Shown piece after piece: positions 1 through 7,950 of a DNA stretch of 35,446 nt; the stretch's first letter is position 1, and each line of letters opens with the position of its first letter. Where the stretch lies: the NCBI GenBank assembly GCA_030753015.1, contig JASMDC010000037.1, positions 1 to 35,446 of the forward strand. The letters are read 5' to 3'. The stretch is from Candidatus Undinarchaeales archaeon (GTDB lineage Archaea; SpSt-1190; JASMDC01). Below the pieces are notes generated by a model. The model was not told the DNA's origin. It saw nothing but the letters and a program-made list of their open reading frames with translations, and ran no database searches. The translations under genes and the position numbers were made by a program.

Positions 1-1608
1 ATAGGTTTATAAAATTAATGCGCCTAAATAGGCTCATGAAGAAGTACACCCGTATCAAGATCATCAACGGCCGCGAGTACGCGTACGAGATCACCCCGTA
101 CTACGACCCGAAGACCAAGAATACGCGGCAGAAGAGCAAGTATCTTGGCGCGGTCCAAAGCGATGGCTCGATACGCAAGGTGCGACAGAAGCTCCCGCGC
201 AACTCGTTTTCCTACGGTCAGTTCATCCCCGCCCTCCACGTCATCAGTGAGCTCAAGGTCGACGAGATCCTGACCCGGACCTTCGGCGAGGCGCGAACGA
301 AGCTCCTTCTCGCCCTCGCCATGAACCGGGCGCTTCGCCCTGTCGCGTTCCACAACGTCAGGAACTGGTACGAGGGCACGATCCTCGTCAAGGAGTACGG
401 CGACCTCCCGCTCTCGTCCCAGAACATCAGCAAGGTCCTCTCCGCCACCGGGCAGAGCTCGGCGCCCTACGAGTTCTGCAAGTCGTTCACGCGGAGCCGC
501 CCGAGCGCCGACACCCTCGTGTACGACATCACATCTCTCTCCTCCTACTCGGACCTGATCAGTCTCCTCGAGTACGGGTACAACCGTGACGGGCTCAGTC
601 TGCCACAGGTGAACCTCTCCATGGTCCTCGACAAGGAGCGCGGCATCCCCGTACTGTTCGACGTGTACCCGGGGAGCGTCCCGGACGTGTCCACCTTCAA
701 GAACACGCTGACGAAGCTCGGTGACTGCGGCGCCAAGTCCTTTCGCCTCGTCCTCGACCGCGGGTTCTTCAGCTCCGACAACGTCATGGACATGCTCGAT
801 GCGGAGCTCGACTTCGTGATCCCGGCCAAGGCGTCGCTCAAGGAGGTCAAGAACCTCATCTCGAAGAACCACACCAAGAAGGAGGACCCGTCCTTCCTCA
901 GGTTGTATCAGGACAGGACGCTCTTCGTCAAGGACGTGACGGTGAGGATCAAGAGCGACGAGAAGGAGAAGGACGTTCCGGCGTACCTCTACTACGACCT
1001 GAGACGGGCACAGGAGCAGAAGGACGCGTTCTACAAGGCTCTCCGCCGATGCGTAGAGCAGATCGAGGAGGCCAGACCGAGATCATGGCAGAAGCCGGCG
1101 AAGGTCGTGGGGGGGATCGCGAAAAAGCTCGTCACGTTCATCAGGTGGAAGAAGGTGGACGGGAACAGGATCAGCGTCACGCTGAAGAAGAAGGCGATCT
1201 CGCAGCGGGTGAACAAGATGGGGTTCACCGTCCTTCTCTACAACGGCGACCATACGTGGGACGGCGCGCTCACACTGTACCGGGAGAAGGACATCATCGA
1301 GAAAATCTTCCAGGTCCTCAAGCGCGACCTGGAGGCAATGCCCATGAACGTGCAGTCCACAGAGACCATGAAGGGATTCGTGTTCGTGACATTCCTCGCG
1401 CTAATCATCCGATTCAGGCTCATCAGGATGCTCAAGGATGCGGGCCTGGGAAGGAAGTGGTCCGTTGACAAGTTCCTCTTGGAGATGGAGAAACTAAGCA
1501 AAGTCGAGATGGAAAACGGGGAAATGTTCACAACCGAGATCACGAAGAAGCAGAGGGAGCTGATGGAGGCGCTCGGATTAACCTGTGCCTAAAACGGGGG
1601 AGCTCAGG
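1..1608 (+). mobile_element. IS1634-family insertion sequence (left end off-window; right end about 1608)
   Basis: Contains a full DDE transposase. The transposase stop (1592) is followed by AACGGGGGAGCTCAGG ending at 1608, where the interrupted host gene sequence resumes. The left inverted repeat is not in the window, so TIR and TSD cannot be verified. Confidence 0.8.
36..1592 (+). CDS. IS1634-family DDE transposase
   Basis: Motifs YDITSLSSY, YGYNRDGLSLPQVNL, VLDRGFFS and YREKDIIEKIF (D-D-E intact); N-terminus YYDPKTKNTRQKSKYLG is typical of archaeal IS1634. ATG36 preferred over ATG18 because TTTATAAA at 6-13 fits a leaderless start. Confidence 0.9.
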   Translation: MKKYTRIKIINGREYAYEITPYYDPKTKNTRQKSKYLGAVQSDGSIRKVRQKLPRNSFSYGQFIPALHVISELKVDEILTRTFGEARTKLLLALAMNRALRPVAFHNVRNWYEGTILVKEYGDLPLSSQNISKVLSATGQSSAPYEFCKSFTRSRPSADTLVYDITSLSSYSDLISLLEYGYNRDGLSLPQVNLSMVLDKERGIPVLFDVYPGSVPDVSTFKNTLTKLGDCGAKSFRLVLDRGFFSSDNVMDMLDAELDFVIPAKASLKEVKNLISKNHTKKEDPSFLRLYQDRTLFVKDVTVRIKSDEKEKDVPAYLYYDLRRAQEQKDAFYKALRRCVEQIEEARPRSWQKPAKVVGGIAKKLVTFIRWKKVDGNRISVTLKKKAISQRVNKMGFTVLLYNGDHTWDGALTLYREKDIIEKIFQVLKRDLEAMPMNVQSTETMKGFVFVTFLALIIRFRLIRMLKDAGLGRKWSVDKFLLEMEKLSKVEMENGEMFTTEITKKQRELMEALGLTCA

Positions 1609-1736
1609 TTCGGATGTGACAGAAACCGGAGCGCATCCGAGGTCCTTTCCCTCTTAATAATCTCCTCCCGTTCGAGGATCGCCTCCGTCTCTATCTGTTG
1701 GTCGGATATGATCCTCTTGAGGAGGTCTTTATTCAT
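1609..1736 (-). pseudogene. 5' fragment of a probable AAA_14/DUF4143-type ATPase gene, interrupted by the IS
   Basis: Manual translation from ATG1736: MNKDLLKRIISDQQIETEAILEREEIIKRERTSDALRFLSHPN, then IS sequence (stop at 1578-1580). Resembles the N-terminus that precedes the Walker A (G-x-RR-x-GKS) in archaeal AAA_14 ATPases. Confidence 0.65.
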
Positions 1737-1740
1737 AGAT

Positions 1741-1781
1741 ATTATATTGTCAAATATTTATTAATACTTTGTCAATATAAT
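1741..1781. promoter_or_regulatory. AT-rich imperfect inverted repeat over the promoter of the interrupted ATPase gene
   Basis: ATTATATTGTCAAATATT (1741-1758) versus AATACTTTGTCAATATAAT (1763-1781; reverse complement ATTATATTGACAAAGTATT). Confidence 0.55.
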
Positions 1782-1948
1782 GTTGGAGTTTTAATTTATC
1801 GGCTTCCCGAGCTAACTCAGTTCCAAAGCCCTCTGCCCTCGCGTTCCACGATCTTTTGAGTGCATCACTGTTAATGATTGGATGACGGGGACTGATATCG
1901 AGGAATGAGCGCCCCTCGTGATGTGATCGCGCTGGATTGGCGATTCGC

Positions 1949-4900
1949 TTAAGTCGTCTCCGTGATCTCGGAGTAGAAGTCCGAAAGCCTCTCGGGGAGG
2001 GCGTCCACGTTATCGAGCACACAGTAGTTACCGTGCCCGAACATGGTCTCCAGGTACTCGCCACCCCGGCTGTCGATGGCCATGGCATACGACTGGATGC
2101 CCATGTTGTGGCCCTCGTCGATGGCCTTGCGGATGTCGTTGAACACGTAGTCCTTGCCCTGCTTGTTGGGCGAGTCGCTGTAGTCGTTAGGCTCACCGTC
2201 GGTGAGGTAGAGGAATATCTTGGTGCGGGCGTCGGTCTGGTCGAGCTGGGCCATGGCGTGTCGCATGGCGGGGCCCATCTTGGTCATCGAACCGGGCTCC
2301 ATGCCCTCGATGCGGCCATGGGTTATCCCGTTGTAATCCTCCTCGAAGGATTTTACGCGGTAGACGCGCACGTCGTCCTTGCCCGACGTGTCGAATCCGT
2401 AGATGGCGAACTGGTCACCGAGATTATCGAGCGCCTCGCTCATGAGGATCATGGACTCTTTGGACTTCTTGATGATGTTGCCGTAGGTGGAGCCGCTCTG
2501 GTCGACAAGGATGCACACGGCCACATCGCGACCCTGCTTCCTCGACTCCTCGAAGATCTTGTCGTCCATGCCGTGGCCTGTTGCCCGGCGCTCGCCCCAC
2601 GCATCGGTGTAGGCGTCCATGTCCACGTCGGACCCCTCGGGGAGTCGGCGCTCCTTCTCGAGGTGGGCCGGTTTGAGCTCGGACATGGTGTCGATGATCT
2701 GGCGCCTGATCGTGTCCATGTCCCTGATTGTGGCTGAGTAGAACTCGGTGGAGGCCTTCTCGCGGATGATCTCTTTTACGGTGCAGAACTCGTAGAGGTA
2801 GTCGCTGAGGGTGGAGTCCCACTCGTCGTACTTGAACTCCTCGATGACCTCGTTGCGGTCCGTCGGATCGCCGCCACCGCCCTGGTCGGGATCGGGGGGC
2901 GCATCGCTGCCACCCTGGGGCTTGCCGCTGCCGCCCTGCTGCGGGTCGCCGTCACCGTCCTGCTGGTCGTCTCCCTGGTCGTCGCCGTCGCCACCGCCGC
3001 CGTCCTGGTCGTCGCCCTCGTCATCACCGGACTCTCCGCCGTCACCCTGGCCGTCCTGGGGCTCGCCGTCGCCGGACTCCCCTCCGCCCTGGCCCTCCTG
3101 TGGCTCGCCGTCGCCGCCGTGGTCGCCCACGTCGTCTCCCGGCTGCTGGTCCTGTGGCTCGGTGAGCTGGGGGAAGAGATCGGTGACAATGTCATAGACC
3201 TTGCGCGTGGCGCTCCATGTGTCGTACACAGTGCCCGGTTCGGATTCGGTCTTGTATATGTCGTAGCACTGGTCGAATGGTGCCTGGTACTGGGGATCTA
3301 TCTGGGTGACGGTCGTGCCCATCTTGACCTTCTGGAGGAGCGCGGACATGAACTGCTGCCCCGGGTCCTGGGCCTCGGGCCCCTCGAGAGGCTTCATGAT
3401 ATAAGCCGCGTTTGTGAGGTCCAGTTCCTCGGAGATGAGGCCGCCGTACTCGTCGCGGAGGTTGTGCTCGATGCGACCGTCCTCGAGCAGGTTCCAGATG
3501 TGCTTGGCAAGGCCCTGCTTCTCGTACTCTTTTACAGCTTCCTTGATCTCCACGGCGAAGGAGTCGTACTTGATGTGGGACATCTCATGGTCCATGAGGC
3601 CCCAGTAGAGCATGCGGTTCTGGTCGTTATCGGTGTACGCGTCCACGCGCTTGGGGATGAAGATGGTGTTGTTGTCAGTGTAGGCTATGGCGCTTCCCTT
3701 GACGATGTCCACGCCCACGGGTTTCTCGAGGATGCCGCCCACCCACTTGCCGGCGGAACCCTGGATGTCCTCGAAAGCCACGTAGTGGTACTTTTCCTTG
3801 AGATCGTCCATGAAGCCGCGGGTGAGCCCGAGCTTGAAGAACTTCTCCGCGGCGTCGACGCCGTGCTCCTTGTAGACGTCCAGGCCCTTCTCGGCCCAGT
3901 CCTGGAGGACACGACCGTCGAACTCCTTGAGGATGACGCCGAAGTTCTCCATGAACGCCTTGGCGAGCTTGGTATCGACCACCTCCACCTTCTGCTCGGC
4001 CTGGTAGACGGCTGCGAGCTGCTGTGGGTCCTTGACGGCCTCCATGGAGGTGATGGTGTTGTTGAGGTAGTTGTTCATCTGGGAGCTGTAATCGACGGAG
4101 AGCTTCTCTCCCAGGCCCAGTACGAAGTCCTTGATCATGTCGGGGAACTTGGAGAGGCGACCCAGCTCCTTCAGGTCGCTGATGGCGGCAGTGTCGTTCC
4201 GCTCGTAGATGGTGGCGTGGTAGTCGAAGAACTGCTGGCGGTCTTCGGGCTTGACTGTGCGGAAGAACGTCTCGGTGTTCTTGAGCAGGTCCTCCTTCCG
4301 GCCTTTGTAAGTGGTGCTGTCGAGCTCACCCTTCCAGGTGAGGTAGTCGGGCGCCGACATCTCGGCAAGGAAGGGTATCGAGCGCACAAAGGCACCGTAG
4401 GTAGCGGCATCGATGGCGTTCGAGGATGAGTAGTAGTAGCCACTGCTGGTGAAGTCGTCTTCGTTGATGGTGGTGCCCTCGCGGATGAACTGCTTGAGGC
4501 TGCGGTCGTTCATACCCTCCAGAGCGCGACCGTTCTCAAGGATGGCCCGGGCGAGGCTGGCGCGCTTCTTCTCGGTGGCCATGGTGGCCATCTCGAACAG
4601 GCGCCCCTTGTCGGTCACCTTCTCCAGGAGCTTGGCGTCCATGTGGTAGGGTGCGTACTCGTCCTTATCTGTGACCTCGTTGAGCTTGTAGGCGAGGGTA
4701 TTGAGGGTGTCGAGCTCTTCCTTTCCGAGGAAGGGAGTGAACGCGGCTGCCTTTTTGACCACCGTCTCCACGAGCTTCTCGTTGATCCCCTCGACGGCGT
4801 GGAGGTACTTGTCCTGTCCCTCCTGTTCGAGGGCGGCAAGCTCGTCACGGGAATGGTAGAGGACGGCCTTGCGGGCATCGTCGGTGGTGAGCCTGAGGGC

Positions 4901-6631
4901 GATCTCCTTCCATACCCCGAAGGCGTCGGGGCGGAGGATGTCGGTGATCCCGCCGGTGTGTGCGAAGTAGCGCTCGCCCACGTAGCCGTCGCCAGCAAGG
5001 CGCTTGTCCATAAGCTCCTTGCCGAAGGCCGCCCAGGTCTCGAGGTTCTCGTCGCCCTGACCGGGATCGTACTGCTCCTGCAGCTGGTTGAAGAACTCGG
5101 CGGCCGCCAGGCCGTTCGTCCCGGCGAGCTCGCGGGTGAGCTCGAAAGCCCGCTTGGTGGGCTTCCCCTCGAGGGTCGGGATGACCTTCTTGGAGTTCTC
5201 GAAGAACTTGTAGGCGGCGGGGTCGCCGGCGAAGACGTTGGCCGTCTTCACCCAGTCGAACATGAAGCGGTTACCGAGATCGTCGATGAGCTCCTTGGTG
5301 CGGTCGAAGTATGATTTCTTGAGCTGGTCGTCCAGACCGCGGCTGACATCGATCCACTTCCGTACATCCTTGAGAGAGCGGTCCTTGAAGTGGTCGTGGC
5401 TCTGGAGGACCTCCTTGGCAGCATCGCCCTCGCCCTCTTCCACAGCGTACTCCACCATACGGAAGAGCTTGCCGCGCTTGTGCCCGTCATAGGAGCGGAC
5501 GAACGTCTGTGTCCTGTCGAGCACGCGGTCGGCGACGTCAATGTCCTTCTGGGAGATGCGGTTGGCCACATCGCCGATCTGAGTGATCGTCTTGGCGTTG
5601 ACATCGCTCAGGGACGTCTTGGTCTTGTCCACGAACTTAACCGGATCGTAGTATGATGCACCGACATCGGCCCAAGCACTGAGCGTGGAGGCCTTGGCCT
5701 CCTCGATATACTGGCCCGCCTTGAAGGTGGCGGCGCCCATGGCTTCGTTCTGCTGGGCGACGTCCTTGACGATGCCCAGGACCTTGTCTCGGTCCTTGAC
5801 CTGTCTGAGAACGGCATAGGAGTCGTCGAAGTACCGCTTGCGCAGCTCCGGGTCGGAGAACGAGTCGGCGGTATCCTCCCAGGCAGCGACCGTGCCGGCC
5901 TCCTCCACCACGCCCCGGACGTCGCCGGAGGCGTTCATGAAGGAGTAGGCCAGGGGCTTGCTGTCCTGGTAGTATGATTCCATGCCCTCGATGACGTGCT
6001 CGCGCACGTCCTCGTCCAGGCGCTTGAAGGTGTTGGCGGCCTTGGTGAAGAACTGGCTGCGAGCAAGCTTGAACGAGCCATCCTCGTACTCCTTGCCCAT
6101 GGTGTAGATCCTGTCGTTCTGCTCATCGCTGAGATTGCTGAACAGGTCGTCGGCGTTAGTGAAGTAGGACTTCCCGTCAGCGGGTTTGTCTGCTGCGAGC
6201 TCGGCGGCCCGGCCTAGCACTGTGACGTACGCGTTCGGGTCCACCTTGTCCACAAAGGAGTCGATGGAGCGGGCCATTGTCGAGACATCGGAATTGTCAA
6301 CAGTAGAGATGAATGACGCGAGCTCACGGTGGGCGGGTGCGAGCTGTTCGCCCCGCTCAGCGAGCTTCTCCCACATCTCGGTGAAGTTCGAGACGTGGTA
6401 GCCGTACTCGGGCTTCTCCATGAATCCCAGGAGCTTGTCCCGGGCCTCGCTGTCGCTGAAGTGGGTGAAGACTTCTTTGGTCTTGTCGATGAACTTGCTC
6501 GCGTTCCACCTGTTGAGTCGCTCGAGCTTGTCCGCGACAGCGTTCCATTTGGTGAGCTGGTCGTCGGAGAGCCCCAACCCGGAGAGGTCGGGGCGTTCGA
6601 GAGGTTCTGTGGTGGTGGCGGAGGTATCCAT
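1949..6631 (-). CDS. Giant CbbO/NorD/CobT-like vWA protein: N-terminal helical repeats, HExxH metallopeptidase-like domain, acidic linker, C-terminal vWA (1560 aa)
   Basis: C-terminal ILVDQSGS (MIDAS DxSxS), TKMGPAMRHA and LTDGEPND; central DHEMSHIKY...WNLLEDGRIE; FKYDEWD motif seen in CbbO/NorD; lies directly downstream of a CbbQ/NorQ ATPase. Confidence 0.85.
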   Translation of the reverse strand: MDTSATTTEPLERPDLSGLGLSDDQLTKWNAVADKLERLNRWNASKFIDKTKEVFTHFSDSEARDKLLGFMEKPEYGYHVSNFTEMWEKLAERGEQLAPAHRELASFISTVDNSDVSTMARSIDSFVDKVDPNAYVTVLGRAAELAADKPADGKSYFTNADDLFSNLSDEQNDRIYTMGKEYEDGSFKLARSQFFTKAANTFKRLDEDVREHVIEGMESYYQDSKPLAYSFMNASGDVRGVVEEAGTVAAWEDTADSFSDPELRKRYFDDSYAVLRQVKDRDKVLGIVKDVAQQNEAMGAATFKAGQYIEEAKASTLSAWADVGASYYDPVKFVDKTKTSLSDVNAKTITQIGDVANRISQKDIDVADRVLDRTQTFVRSYDGHKRGKLFRMVEYAVEEGEGDAAKEVLQSHDHFKDRSLKDVRKWIDVSRGLDDQLKKSYFDRTKELIDDLGNRFMFDWVKTANVFAGDPAAYKFFENSKKVIPTLEGKPTKRAFELTRELAGTNGLAAAEFFNQLQEQYDPGQGDENLETWAAFGKELMDKRLAGDGYVGERYFAHTGGITDILRPDAFGVWKEIALRLTTDDARKAVLYHSRDELAALEQEGQDKYLHAVEGINEKLVETVVKKAAAFTPFLGKEELDTLNTLAYKLNEVTDKDEYAPYHMDAKLLEKVTDKGRLFEMATMATEKKRASLARAILENGRALEGMNDRSLKQFIREGTTINEDDFTSSGYYYSSSNAIDAATYGAFVRSIPFLAEMSAPDYLTWKGELDSTTYKGRKEDLLKNTETFFRTVKPEDRQQFFDYHATIYERNDTAAISDLKELGRLSKFPDMIKDFVLGLGEKLSVDYSSQMNNYLNNTITSMEAVKDPQQLAAVYQAEQKVEVVDTKLAKAFMENFGVILKEFDGRVLQDWAEKGLDVYKEHGVDAAEKFFKLGLTRGFMDDLKEKYHYVAFEDIQGSAGKWVGGILEKPVGVDIVKGSAIAYTDNNTIFIPKRVDAYTDNDQNRMLYWGLMDHEMSHIKYDSFAVEIKEAVKEYEKQGLAKHIWNLLEDGRIEHNLRDEYGGLISEELDLTNAAYIMKPLEGPEAQDPGQQFMSALLQKVKMGTTVTQIDPQYQAPFDQCYDIYKTESEPGTVYDTWSATRKVYDIVTDLFPQLTEPQDQQPGDDVGDHGGDGEPQEGQGGGESGDGEPQDGQGDGGESGDDEGDDQDGGGGDGDDQGDDQQDGDGDPQQGGSGKPQGGSDAPPDPDQGGGGDPTDRNEVIEEFKYDEWDSTLSDYLYEFCTVKEIIREKASTEFYSATIRDMDTIRRQIIDTMSELKPAHLEKERRLPEGSDVDMDAYTDAWGERRATGHGMDDKIFEESRKQGRDVAVCILVDQSGSTYGNIIKKSKESMILMSEALDNLGDQFAIYGFDTSGKDDVRVYRVKSFEEDYNGITHGRIEGMEPGSMTKMGPAMRHAMAQLDQTDARTKIFLYLTDGEPNDYSDSPNKQGKDYVFNDIRKAIDEGHNMGIQSYAMAIDSRGGEYLETMFGHGNYCVLDNVDALPERLSDFYSEITETT
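2860..3160 (-). repeat. Gly/Asp/Gln-rich low-complexity linker with duplicated GDGEPQ(E/D)GQG..GESGD units
   Basis: Seen directly in the translation between the HExxH domain and the vWA domain. Confidence 0.8.
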
Positions 6632-6667
6632 CGTCAGGTCCGTGTTAGTATCTTGTACAGGACGTGT

Positions 6668-7771
6668 CTACTGCTGGGCCTCGGCTTCCGCCTCTGGCTC
6701 CTGGGCGACCTCACCGCGGTTGTACTGGCCGTCGATGACGTCGACCTGCCGCATGATGGCCTCGCGCACGTCGGAGTAGTCGGGCAGCGGTTCCGTGATG
6801 ACGCTAACGATACCCATCTGGCACGCGTCGTGGAATGCATAGCCTTGGCCCATGAGCTCGGCAGTGGCGATAAGGGTGCGTGTACCGGCTCCCTCCTTGA
6901 GCTCCTTCATCTTGCGTGTGAACACGCCGATCTCGACGAGCATCTGTGAGTCCTTCATGGCGACGTTGCCCTCGTGGGCGACGATCTGGGTCTCGAGCTC
7001 GGCCTGAGGTGACTTCATATCGCGAGCGTAGTCGATGTCGACTGCCATGAAGCGCTGCTGGAGCGAGGGTTTCAGCTGAGCGCGCTGGTAACCGGGATTG
7101 TAGGCTGAGACGAAGTAGAAGTCTTCGGCAGCGTGAACGATCTCGCCACCTTTCTTTTCCAGTGTGATCTTGCGCTGGTGGTCGGTGGCCTCGTTGACCT
7201 TCGAGAGCACGTCCTTGCGCGCCTCGGCGATCTCGTCCAGGTAGAACACACCGCCGTACCGAGCGGCCAGGGTCAGCGGCCCGTCCTGCCACTTGATCTC
7301 ATCGCCCTTGACGATGTAGCGGCCGATGAGGTCGTTGGACGACAGGTCCTCGTTCCCTATGGCGTAGAACATGGGCTGGTCCGTCTTGAAGCAGAAGTGC
7401 TCTATAAGACGTGTCTTGCCGCACCCGGTCGGTCCCTTGAGCATCATAGGTTTCTTGACCGCATAGGCGTCCATGAGCACGTCGAGCTCGTTCACATCTA
7501 CCTGGTTGCCGTCCACTACCTTGTGGTACTCCTTGACGGGTAGGTAGTATGGCTCCTTGGTGATCTTGTAATCGTCGATGTTGATCTCGTCCGGCGCCCC
7601 TAGATTGAGGTCGACCTCTTCTCCGGTGTCCAGGTACTTCGCGTGCACCTCGTTGGACCCGTTGTCGATACCCTCGATCTTCAGATCTCTTGCCCTGCCA
7701 GTGTTCTCGTCATAGATCTTGAGCGTTTCACCGACTGGAATAGTGATATCCTCGCTGATTTCTCCGTACAT
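6668..7771 (-). CDS. CbbQ/NirQ/NorQ-family (MoxR clade) AAA+ ATPase with an N-terminal extension
   Basis: EPYY, Walker A LKGPTGCGKTR, WQDGPLTLAARYG, Walker B YLDEIAEARKD, YNPGYQ and LKPSLQQRF, all hallmark CbbQ/NorQ motifs. Confidence 0.92.
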   Translation of the reverse strand: MYGEISEDITIPVGETLKIYDENTGRARDLKIEGIDNGSNEVHAKYLDTGEEVDLNLGAPDEINIDDYKITKEPYYLPVKEYHKVVDGNQVDVNELDVLMDAYAVKKPMMLKGPTGCGKTRLIEHFCFKTDQPMFYAIGNEDLSSNDLIGRYIVKGDEIKWQDGPLTLAARYGGVFYLDEIAEARKDVLSKVNEATDHQRKITLEKKGGEIVHAAEDFYFVSAYNPGYQRAQLKPSLQQRFMAVDIDYARDMKSPQAELETQIVAHEGNVAMKDSQMLVEIGVFTRKMKELKEGAGTRTLIATAELMGQGYAFHDACQMGIVSVITEPLPDYSDVREAIMRQVDVIDGQYNRGEVAQEPEAEAEAQQ

Positions 7772-7833
7772 CGTCAGTACCCCACCTTCTCCAAGTTAAT
7801 AGAGAGGGTAGCCGTCTCCTGCCCGACTTCCGA

Positions 7834-7849
7834 CTTATATACTTTCTCT
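7834..7849 (-). promoter_or_regulatory. BRE-TATA promoter for the AAA+/vWA operon
   Basis: Minus strand AGAGAAAGTATATAAG about 60 nt upstream of ATG7771; GGTGGGG SD-like sequence before the start. Confidence 0.6.
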
Positions 7850-7864
7850 TTAGTTGTCCCTTGA

Positions 7865-7885
7865 AAGGTACGAATTTCGTACCTT
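7865..7885. promoter_or_regulatory. Perfect 21-bp palindrome (candidate operator) in the divergent promoter region
   Basis: AAGGTACGAA-T-TTCGTACCTT, 10-bp arms with a 1-nt centre. Confidence 0.65.
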
Positions 7886-7950
7886 ATTATAGACCCAGGC
7901 GACCTAGCGACATCCCTTTAAAGCTAGCCGGTCCTCCGGTCCAGAGCACC

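Noticed and set aside
1937-6949. Long plus-strand ORFs antisense to the vWA and AAA+ genes (e.g. 3119-4429, 1937-2737), and similar shadow ORFs throughout
   Set aside because: Expected from strong GC3 codon bias; V/L/E/G/H-rich translations with no motifs, fully overlapping well-supported genes.
1949-7771. Naming the pair cbbQ/cbbO or norQ/norD
   Set aside because: Family motifs fit, but no client gene is nearby and the partner architecture differs, so a functional gene symbol is not justified.
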